A stretch of DNA of 64,000 bases from an uncultured beta proteobacterium (GTDB lineage: Bacteria; Pseudomonadota; Gammaproteobacteria; Burkholderiales; Burkholderiaceae_C). The translations under genes and the position numbers were made by a program. This document shows positions 56,560 through 64,000 of this stretch, in pieces. How positions within the stretch are numbered: the stretch's first letter is position 1; each line of letters opens with the position of its first letter. The DNA is taken from contig CAIPGC010000103.1 of assembly GCA_903864505.1 (NCBI GenBank), forward strand, positions 97 to 64,096, given 5' to 3'. Below the pieces are notes generated by a model. It had not been told where the DNA came from, ran no database searches, and saw nothing but the letters and a program-made list of their open reading frames with translations.

Positions 56560-56715
56560 ACGTCCAAAAGTTTTAGCCGCCCCACGGAACAGCAGCGCTG
56601 TGGGGTGCGTATTGCGCTGCAGCCGCCTGGATTGCCTCGTCAGCAAACCAGGTGCGTACCCAAGACGGTGGCCTTGTGCCTCGGTGGCCGACCGCAAACG
56701 GTGAAGGAGTGAAGA

Positions 56716-57600
56716 GTGGGACCAGAAGTAAGCAACCATGCCGCGTTCGACAAGGACGAACAGGCAATTCTGAGCGCGTTAGTGCCAGAGACTGAAGCCG
56801 TTGAAGAGGGCCAACAAGCCCAGCCGGTTGAAGTAGCAGCACCAGCAGCAGCACAACCAGCCGCAGACGCAACTGCCGCAGCCACTACAGAAGCGCAACC
56901 CGCTGAAGTAGCAACTACGACGGAAACCCAAGCCACGACAGAGCAGCCTCACGGAGATCCGCGAGCCGCCTTGCGTGCATCACGCCGCGCTGAAAAGCGA
57001 TTGCGCGATGACTTGGATAGGTTGCGTCAGGAAAACGAAGCCCTCAAAGCAGGCAAAGCAACTCCTTCGACCGACACGTCGGTCACGGATGCAGAGCTTG
57101 CAGAACTAGAGGTTGACTTTCCTTTGCAGGCAAAGATTGTGCGCAGGCAACGCGAACTTGAGCAGCAGTTGGCAAGTGCCAAGCCGCAAGAAGCTCAAGC
57201 AGAGTTTGAACCCGTTGTTTATGACCCGGCAGTTCAAGAAGTCATTGACAGCGTTCCTGATCTTCTTGCATGGCAATACGACCAGGCAAGCCAAGACAAG
57301 TTCGCCAGAGCCATTGACTACGACCGGGCTCTATCCGTTGATCCGGACTGGAAAGACCGCGGCATCACCGAGCGCTTCGCAGAGGCAGCACGGAGAACCA
57401 AGGCCGCGTTCGGCGTCACACCCACTCCTGCGGCATCAGCCGCACCAAGAAACGACCCAGCCGCAGTGATCGCAGCCGCCCCCTTAGCGGGACCACGCGG
57501 CATCAGCGACTTCCGCGGAGGGGCACCAGGCAATTCGCCAACTATCAACTACCAAGGCATGTCGGACGAACAAATCATGGCGTCCCTGCCGGCCAGTTGA
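56716..57600 (+). CDS. Scaffolding protein
   Basis: Acidic, Ala/Pro-rich, coiled-coil; lies between portal and capsid. Confidence 0.8.
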   Translation: MGPEVSNHAAFDKDEQAILSALVPETEAVEEGQQAQPVEVAAPAAAQPAADATAAATTEAQPAEVATTTETQATTEQPHGDPRAALRASRRAEKRLRDDLDRLRQENEALKAGKATPSTDTSVTDAELAELEVDFPLQAKIVRRQRELEQQLASAKPQEAQAEFEPVVYDPAVQEVIDSVPDLLAWQYDQASQDKFARAIDYDRALSVDPDWKDRGITERFAEAARRTKAAFGVTPTPAASAAPRNDPAAVIAAAPLAGPRGISDFRGGAPGNSPTINYQGMSDEQIMASLPAS

Positions 57601-57630
57601 TTGAAACACCTCCCTTTTTAGGAGACTTTC

Positions 57631-58929
57631 ATGTCACAAACTTCCGTTGCCCGAGGCTCTGCCCTGGCAAATAAGCAGTTCTCTACTGCACTCTCGGCCA
57701 TGGCCACACGCCAGCCGACTCCACTGGCCGCTTTGACCGGTCCCATGCCAACTCACGACGCTGCAATGCGCAAGCTCAAGCAGCAATCGACGACAGAAAT
57801 GCCGATCGTTCGCGTCGACGAGTTGAGCAAAGGCCCTGGCGATGTGGTTCAGGTCGACTGCGCACACGTGGTCAAGCTGCGCCCCATCATGGGCGACAAG
57901 AACGCCGAAGGTTTGGGCGCTGCCCTGAAGTATTCATCGAAGGACATCACGCTCGACATGGCAACCCTGCCTGTGTCGGCTGGTGGCAAGATGACTGCAC
58001 AGCGCACACCTCACTCGATGCGTTTGAACGCCCTGGCCCAACTCAAGCGCGCCATTCCGGCATTCCGTTGGCAGCGTTGCCTGACCCTGTTGGCCGGCAC
58101 TCGCGGCAAGCAGGACGGCACCGACTGGGTTCTTCCTCTGGCAACTGACCCGGACTTTGCAGAAATGATGGTCAACGTTGTCAAAGCACCTTCCTACAAC
58201 CGTCACTGGGTTGTGAACGGCGCAACTTTGACGCAGGGTGGCGCGCAGTTGGCGTCCATCGCGACAACGGACTCCATGAAGTTGTCGCACTTGGACGAGT
58301 TTGCTGCAATCTGGGATGAAATGAGCGTGAAAATGGCGCCCATTCAGATCCCGGGCGACCCGGCTGCAGGCGATGACCCTATCAAGGGCATCATGCTGGT
58401 GGATCCGCTGGTGTGGGATGCGATGATCACCGACACGACCGCTGGCAACAACATTCGTACTTTCGAGACGAATGCCATGCAGCGCGCAAAGTACGGCGAT
58501 TTGAATCGCCATCCGCTGTTCTCTGGATCTCCAATCCTGTGGAACGGTGTGTTGGTTCGCAAGATGCAGTACGCCATCCGCCACGACGCAAGCGATCTGA
58601 TCGCCCACGTCACATCGGCCAACAAGCTCGCTGGCACGGAAACCAACGTGACTCTGGCTGCCGGCTTGTCTACCACACACCAAATGGCTCGCTCGATCTT
58701 CTTGAGCGCGCAGGCCTTGGCCGTGGTTTCTGGTGCAAACCAGACCAGCGAGGAAACTTATTCCCTGCTGGAGAACAAGACCAACTTTGAGCGCAATCTG
58801 GAATTGGCCGGCGAGATCATGGGCACTGAGGACAAGCTGCGCTGGTCGTTGCCTAACTCTGCTGGCGATCTCGAAGCGACCGACTTCGGTGTGGCCGTCA
58901 TTGATTCCGTGGTGCGCAAGCGCGGGTAA
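57631..58929 (+). CDS. Major capsid protein (N4-gp56/DUF4043-like HK97 fold)
   Basis: DELSKGPGDVV.V...L...PIMGD..AEG and HPLFSGS..LWNGVLVR motifs; position in the head cluster. Confidence 0.88.
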   Translation: MSQTSVARGSALANKQFSTALSAMATRQPTPLAALTGPMPTHDAAMRKLKQQSTTEMPIVRVDELSKGPGDVVQVDCAHVVKLRPIMGDKNAEGLGAALKYSSKDITLDMATLPVSAGGKMTAQRTPHSMRLNALAQLKRAIPAFRWQRCLTLLAGTRGKQDGTDWVLPLATDPDFAEMMVNVVKAPSYNRHWVVNGATLTQGGAQLASIATTDSMKLSHLDEFAAIWDEMSVKMAPIQIPGDPAAGDDPIKGIMLVDPLVWDAMITDTTAGNNIRTFETNAMQRAKYGDLNRHPLFSGSPILWNGVLVRKMQYAIRHDASDLIAHVTSANKLAGTETNVTLAAGLSTTHQMARSIFLSAQALAVVSGANQTSEETYSLLENKTNFERNLELAGEIMGTEDKLRWSLPNSAGDLEATDFGVAVIDSVVRKRG

Positions 58930-59003
58930 TGGCTGATGGGGGCTTAGACCCCCATTCTTTCAGCTTCGGCTGATCTCTCAATTCACTTTTCAAGGAGCCA
59001 TAA

Positions 59004-59459
59004 ATGGCCTCAATCAAAGCTCAAAAGGCAGCCGCACCCAAGTACATGACGGGCGACGGCGATTTCGTAATGGAAACCGACAAGGTTGTTCTGGGTGCTT
59101 CGCCTGGCGTCGGTACTCCAGCAGCAGCCGACACGATCGACTTCCTGATTCCCGCTGGGGCTCAAGTGTGCGATCTGTCGTTCTATCTGGATGATTGCGA
59201 CACGGCAGCCACATTCGTGTTCGGCGTTGGTTACCGTGCGGCTACAACCGGAAGCTCTTTGGCGACCAATGCAACGTACTTCGCTGCAGCCGGCCAAACG
59301 ACCGGTCAAGCTGGTGGTCGCCTGGAGTGCGCATTCAAACCTATCAAGTTTGAAGAGGATGTGTACATCCAGTTGCTGGTGGGCACTGCGCCGACAGGCA
59401 TCACTGGCAACCCGGAGATTCACATCATCGCTGGGTACAACTGCCCTGGCGTGAAGTAA
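59004..59459 (+). CDS. Capsid decoration/cement-like protein
   Basis: Beta-rich 151-aa protein directly after the capsid gene. Confidence 0.6.
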   Translation: MASIKAQKAAAPKYMTGDGDFVMETDKVVLGASPGVGTPAAADTIDFLIPAGAQVCDLSFYLDDCDTAATFVFGVGYRAATTGSSLATNATYFAAAGQTTGQAGGRLECAFKPIKFEEDVYIQLLVGTAPTGITGNPEIHIIAGYNCPGVK

Positions 59460-59475
59460 GCATCGCAAACCTGAA

Positions 59476-59508
59476 GAGGGTCGGCCTGTTATGGGTCGGC
59501 CCTTTTTT
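59476..59508 (+). terminator. Rho-independent terminator
   Basis: AGGGTCGGCC...GGTCGGCCCT followed by T6. Confidence 0.7.
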
Positions 59509-59522
59509 ACTGGAGCACACAC

Positions 59523-59873
59523 ATGAAACTCAAATATGTTGGCCTCAAGCCTGACGGCGAGACGGCATTCCACGACAAAACGGGCGTCGTATGGTTTCCT
59601 GGCTCATGCCATGAAGTAAAAGACGAGATCGCAACGACCATGCTGCGTCACCCGGATGTCTTCGCATTGGACGTTGTAGCGGTCAAGCAGGAAGATCCAG
59701 TGGAAGAAAAGGCACCGAGCATCACACTTTCCGATGGCACGGTGAAGGAGCTTGATGGGTTGGATAAAGACCAACTGCACGACCTGGCTAAGGAGCTTGG
59801 CGTCACTGTTCACCATGCGTCTGGAGCGCAAAAAGTCATCGAGGCGCTGGTAGCAGCGTTCCAGCCGGTATGA
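59523..59873 (+). CDS. Hypothetical protein with C-terminal HeH/Rho-N-like motif
   Basis: LDKDQLHDLAKELGV...KVIEAL. Confidence 0.65.
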   Translation: MKLKYVGLKPDGETAFHDKTGVVWFPGSCHEVKDEIATTMLRHPDVFALDVVAVKQEDPVEEKAPSITLSDGTVKELDGLDKDQLHDLAKELGVTVHHASGAQKVIEALVAAFQPV

Positions 59874-60493
59874 AACTCTGGGAGCAGTTCCATCCGTTCG
59901 TTTTCCCGGATGTGATGGGCGCCCCTATTCCAGTTGTTGATAGAGCCCTGATGCTTGCATCAAGGGAGTTCTGCACGAACACCGGGATTTGGAGAGAGTG
60001 GAGCGATCCGGTCACGGTGAACGGGACGACGCAGCGCTTTGACTTCGACTTCCCTTCGTATTCAGAGTTGGTTGGCACGCTGCGCGCATCGGTTGACGGA
60101 GAACACATCAGGGTGCTTGGGGCTCAGTTCCTGCCCGCAGATTGGCAGCTACCCACGACGACATTTAACGAGAAGGCGCTGATTCACATCAGCATGTCCG
60201 AATACATGCTTTACCCAATGCCAAGCGCTGGGCAGGCGGTATCGGTCGAGTTGTCGTTGCAGCCTTCGATGAATGCCCCTGGCGTGGCAGATGACCTGTT
60301 CTTGAACTGGGTTGAAGAGCTCTCATCCGGAGCGCTGTACCGGCTGCAGTCCTCCCCATCGAAGCCGTACACAGATCTTGCAGCAGCAGCGCGCTCGAAG
60401 GCTGCATTTGATCGCGGCATTCACTTTGCCGCAAACGAACGATTCAGGCAGAGCGCCACAGCCGACAGACGAGTGAAGAAGGCTCGCATCTAG
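59870..60493 (+). CDS. Head-tail adaptor protein
   Basis: ASREFC..TGIW...GALYRL...KPYTD pattern; position. Confidence 0.7.
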   Translation: MKLWEQFHPFVFPDVMGAPIPVVDRALMLASREFCTNTGIWREWSDPVTVNGTTQRFDFDFPSYSELVGTLRASVDGEHIRVLGAQFLPADWQLPTTTFNEKALIHISMSEYMLYPMPSAGQAVSVELSLQPSMNAPGVADDLFLNWVEELSSGALYRLQSSPSKPYTDLAAAARSKAAFDRGIHFAANERFRQSATADRRVKKARI

Positions 60494-60512
60494 TTTCTTG
60501 ACAAGTCCCATG

Positions 60513-60537
60513 GAACCCGCATCAGGCGGGTTTTTTC
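60513..60537 (+). terminator. Rho-independent terminator
   Basis: AACCCGC-ATCAG-GCGGGTT followed by a T run. Confidence 0.75.
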
Positions 60538-60552
60538 ATTTCTGGAGCACCC

Positions 60553-61284
60553 ATGACCATCTATGCCCAATCCCTTGTCCGCCGCGCTGTGGACACCTCC
60601 CAGGACAACACATCCATTCGCTGGCCACTGCGAGAGTTTGTCCGCTACCTCAACGACGGGCAACGAGAAATCATCTTGTACCGCCCTGATGCGATGGCGA
60701 CCAACGCCAACATAACTTGCGTCTCCGGAACCAAGCAAACGCTACCAGCAAATGGAACCAAGCTGATCGAGGTAATCCGCAACAACCCAGCAGGAGCGGG
60801 CGGCCGAGTGGTGCGTTTGACCAACCGCGAGATCCTTGATGCTGGATCGCCTGGGTGGCACCTCAACACACCATCAGCCGAGATCCTGCACTTCATGTAC
60901 GACGCCAGAGATCCAAAGGTGTTCTACGTGTTCCCGCCCGCTACGACTGCGGCAAAGCTAGACATCGTTTATTCAGCCAATCCGACCGACATAGCACTGC
61001 CGGCAGAGGGCGCAAGCCTGCCAACAGATTCACTGTCAGACAACACATCGCCTTCCGTGGTTCTGGGGACTATTTCAGTCCCGGACATCTACGCGAATGC
61101 GCTGGTCGATTACATGCTGGCACGCAGCTACATGAAGGATGCCGACTACGCGGGTAACGCTCAACGAGCACAAAACCACTACGCGCTATTCGCCAATGCG
61201 TTGGGAATCGAGATCAAGGCAACGCTCTCTGTTGCTCCTACGTCGATGAGCAATCCCAACATCAACAAGAACCTTTCCGCTTAA
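60553..61284 (+). CDS. Second adaptor / tail tubular A-like protein
   Basis: RW...E..RYLNDGQREI...RPDA...ALVDYML.RSY.KDADY...RAQNHY. Confidence 0.7.
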   Translation: MTIYAQSLVRRAVDTSQDNTSIRWPLREFVRYLNDGQREIILYRPDAMATNANITCVSGTKQTLPANGTKLIEVIRNNPAGAGGRVVRLTNREILDAGSPGWHLNTPSAEILHFMYDARDPKVFYVFPPATTAAKLDIVYSANPTDIALPAEGASLPTDSLSDNTSPSVVLGTISVPDIYANALVDYMLARSYMKDADYAGNAQRAQNHYALFANALGIEIKATLSVAPTSMSNPNINKNLSA

Positions 61285-61300
61285 CTTTTAGGAGCAAACC

Positions 61301-61726
61301 ATGAGCAAATTTTCCAACTACACCGAAGGCAACATCGTAGAAACCACCTTGCGTGGCGCCGCCTTCCCAGTCCCCGCAAAGACCTATGTCGCACTGTTCA
61401 CCGCGGACCCTACGGACGCCAATGTGACGGCCAATGAAGTGGGTGTCGGCGCATGGCCTGCCTATGCCCGCAAAGACGCTGCCAATGGCGGCGCTATCGC
61501 TACTGGCTGGTCTGCCAATGCTGACGGTGTTTCATCAAACGCTCAGGTCATCACTTGGGCTGCCAACAACGGCGCCTCGACGGTGACTGTGACGCACATC
61601 GGCATCTATGACGCATTGACTGGCGGAAACCTGCTGTACCACTCTCCATTGGTGTCGAGCAAATCCCTGTTGGTGGGGGATGTGCTTTCGTTTGGCATTG
61701 GCGCTATCAGCGTAACTATCGCCTGA
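61301..61726 (+). CDS. Minor virion (fibre-associated) protein
   Basis: MSKFSNY.E...YVALFTADP...THIGIYDALTGGNLLY motif. Confidence 0.7.
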   Translation: MSKFSNYTEGNIVETTLRGAAFPVPAKTYVALFTADPTDANVTANEVGVGAWPAYARKDAANGGAIATGWSANADGVSSNAQVITWAANNGASTVTVTHIGIYDALTGGNLLYHSPLVSSKSLLVGDVLSFGIGAISVTIA

Positions 61727-61734
61727 GATAGCCC

Positions 61735-63168
61735 ATGAATCTCGGGGCCATTAACCGGTTTGGGCTGAATGGCTCAAGCAGCTTTGCACTGGTGCTCGCT
61801 ACGGCGAGTATCGTGTGCTCTGCTTCGGTTAGTGCTGCCGCGACCAGGGGACAGGACGCCAATGCCCCAGTATTTTCTGCTGCCTATGTAACGGCAACAG
61901 CGACCTATGTCCACGAAGGACTGGTCAATATTTCAGGGTCTGCAAACGTATATCAGACTCCAACGGTTCAACACGCAGCCGTTTCGCAGCCAATCACAGG
62001 TACTGCGGAAATAACAGCGTATGTGCTTCGCATTGTCGAAGGTCAGGTCAACATCACTTGCACTGCGGAAATAGTCGCAGTTGTCGCAAGCACCCAAGGT
62101 CAATCAACCCTCTCCAGCGGCGCAGAGGTCACGGCGGATGCCACACTGATTCAACCAGGGTATTCAAGCCCATCTGGTGTAGCGTCAGTCACCATCGTTT
62201 CAGAGCCGGTTGTAACCAGGTACGTAAAGGCTGCAATCTTAGGAACGGCGAACCTATACGTTGAAGTTGGCATCAACCATGTCTACGAGGCGCACGCCTA
62301 TCCGACTGGAACAGCTTCAATCATCGCTGACCCGCTCAATCTGGTCATGCATGGCGCTGATGTTGTTTGCACCGCTTCACTATCTCCGACACTGACGATG
62401 ACGCAGAATGCTTCCGCATTGACGGCAGGCAACGCTGTGATAGTTATGGCAGAGCCTACGGTGGAACAGCTTCCATTCGTGAGTGTGACAGCCACTGCGG
62501 ATGTTTCTGCGCTCTTGTGGGTGGTTAAGACCCCAACGGTTGCGATAGACAACAGTTGCTCGATCGTCGCTTCCGCTTCACAAGCCCATGCAGCATCCGT
62601 ATCCTTGACTGGGACTGCATCTGTCAATGCGCCCATTGAAATGACGAACCAGATTTTCGCTGTGTTCGTCGGTGGAGCAGAGACTTATGTTGAAGGCGTC
62701 AGAAACGTGATGCTTGAATGCCTTATCGACGCCAGCGCAGAGATTTATCCGGACGCTACCCGTGAGGTGTTACCCACCGTAACACTTGGAACTGTGGCGA
62801 CCATCGGCGCAAATGCGACCCGCGTGTTGACACCTAGCGCTGCGCTCACTGGAGCGGCAGATTTAGCTGTGGCAATGACAACCATCAAACTGGGGTTTGT
62901 GAATCTGCCTGGTGGAGCCACGATGACAACAAATGCCACCAGAACAGCGATGGGGCTTGTCGACTTGACTGGCACTGCCGAGATAACCGCTGACATGCTG
63001 CTAGCAAAAGCTGGTTACGTCGACATCCTTGGAACGGCCGAAATCTTTGCCGACACCGTAACCAATCCTGCGAGTTACGACCCAGACAACCGGACATTCC
63101 GCAGTCCCATGCGTGAAGTTGATTTTGCGCGGCCATTCGTCGAAACAGAGTTTAGGAGAGCCGCTTAA
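61735..63168 (+). CDS. A/T/V-rich repetitive beta-strand virion protein
   Basis: MNLGAINRFGLNG start; repeated G.A.(I/V).A units. Confidence 0.65.
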   Translation: MNLGAINRFGLNGSSSFALVLATASIVCSASVSAAATRGQDANAPVFSAAYVTATATYVHEGLVNISGSANVYQTPTVQHAAVSQPITGTAEITAYVLRIVEGQVNITCTAEIVAVVASTQGQSTLSSGAEVTADATLIQPGYSSPSGVASVTIVSEPVVTRYVKAAILGTANLYVEVGINHVYEAHAYPTGTASIIADPLNLVMHGADVVCTASLSPTLTMTQNASALTAGNAVIVMAEPTVEQLPFVSVTATADVSALLWVVKTPTVAIDNSCSIVASASQAHAASVSLTGTASVNAPIEMTNQIFAVFVGGAETYVEGVRNVMLECLIDASAEIYPDATREVLPTVTLGTVATIGANATRVLTPSAALTGAADLAVAMTTIKLGFVNLPGGATMTTNATRTAMGLVDLTGTAEITADMLLAKAGYVDILGTAEIFADTVTNPASYDPDNRTFRSPMREVDFARPFVETEFRRAA

Positions 63169-63446
63169 TGAAAGTCGGAACCACCACCAAGCAGCCAGGT
63201 GAACGCCTGAGCTACACCGTCGATTACACGGACGCACTCCCACTTGGAGACAACCTAAGTACGGCCACGGCCACGGTATCCCCGTCAGGACTCAACATTT
63301 TCAACGTAGGCGTCTATGACCCGCGAGTGAAGGTATGGCTGGACGGTGGGACTGATGGGGTTACTTACGTTGTGACTATCGAAGCGACATCCATAGATGG
63401 GCGCATCTACCAAGATGAATTGACCGTCAAGATCAAAGAGGTATAA
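63168..63446 (+). CDS. Fibre adaptor-like protein
   Basis: KQPGERLSYTVDY...VKVWLDGGTDGVTYVVT...GR..QDE. Confidence 0.65.
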   Translation: MKVGTTTKQPGERLSYTVDYTDALPLGDNLSTATATVSPSGLNIFNVGVYDPRVKVWLDGGTDGVTYVVTIEATSIDGRIYQDELTVKIKEV

Positions 63447-63449
63447 GCC

Positions 63450-64000
63450 GTGCAACTATTTTCCAACAACGCCAGCACGACCCTGAACGGGGTGATCAAC
63501 AACGTAGTCACATCCATCGTCGTTGCAAACGGCGCAGTGTTCCCATCCCCTGGAACAGACTACTTCCTCTTGACCATCATCGGCCTTGATGTCAACGGGA
63601 TCGAGAATGCTTGGGAGATCGTCAAGGTAACTGCAAGGTCCACAAACACCCTGACCGTAGTTCGTGGACAAGAGGGGACCGCGGCCGCATCATGGCCTCA
63701 CGCTGCAACGATTCAGCTTCGCATGACAGCAGGGGCTGAGAATGCCACCGAGGCTCACAAGAACAACACCAGCAACCCGCACAACGTCACAGCGTCACAA
63801 GTTGGTCTCGGAGCCGTCAACAACACATCCGACGCCAACAAGCCGGTCAGTTCCGCGCAGCAAACGGCGTTAGACCTCAAGGCAAATTTAGTCTCCCCAA
63901 GCTTTACCACTCCAAACCTTGGAGCGGCCACGGCAGATTCCATTGATGCGCCGATCTATCTTAACCCCCGCGAAATCACTGCCGACTTCACCGTGGGCAG
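63450..64000 (+). CDS. Tail fibre-like protein, 3'-truncated (not in ORF track)
   Basis: GTG start; QLFSNNASTTL...WEIVKVTARSTNTLTVVRGQEGT...HNVTASQVGLGAVNNTSDANKPVS; open to the window end. Confidence 0.8.
   Translation, partial: MQLFSNNASTTLNGVINNVVTSIVVANGAVFPSPGTDYFLLTIIGLDVNGIENAWEIVKVTARSTNTLTVVRGQEGTAAASWPHAATIQLRMTAGAENATEAHKNNTSNPHNVTASQVGLGAVNNTSDANKPVSSAQQTALDLKANLVSPSFTTPNLGAATADSIDAPIYLNPREITADFTVG

Larger units (their letters stand above)
1..64000. mobile_element. Temperate podovirus-like phage genome, near-complete, excised or permuted form
   Basis: Every recognisable gene is phage-type (terminase, portal, capsid, ejection proteins, lysis, int, cI/cro, replication). attP is intact and internal. 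Structural genes are split across the two window ends. Confidence 0.92.

Noticed and set aside
63990-64000. Direct fusion of the last ORF with the first ORF across a circular junction
   Set aside because: Joining nt 64000 to nt 1 shifts the frame by one base relative to the DGR target frame.

Overview
The whole window is one temperate, short-tailed (P22/BPP-1-like podovirus architecture) phage genome. It appears excised or circularly permuted rather than integrated: no host genes are present, and an intact attP with a 21-bp tRNA-Leu 3'-end core lies mid-window beside the integrase. Gene order: complete diversity-generating retroelement (DGR; target fibre with VR, avd, TR, RT; 1-3128); lysis region (3.5-5.9 kb); tail and fibre genes (5.9-11.9 kb); DNA-ejection proteins (12.4-18.5 kb); an unexplained 7-gene module (18.5-24.1 kb); a 3391-aa polyvalent DarB-like protein (24.1-34.3 kb); int/attP/xis; leftward early genes with YqaJ/Bet recombination; cI/cro switch with TAGC-N5-GCTA operators; replication and nin region; Q-like gene, late promoter and a highly structured ~300-nt non-coding region; terminase, portal, scaffold, capsid, adaptors and a fibre module running off the window end. 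The most notable items are the A-specific-mutated DGR, two unexplained structured RNAs (pL leader and pre-terS), the 7-gene module inside the ejection-protein operon, and the polyvalent ejection proteins. All product calls come from motif recognition and synteny by eye; no database searches were run. A betaproteobacterial host is only an inference.
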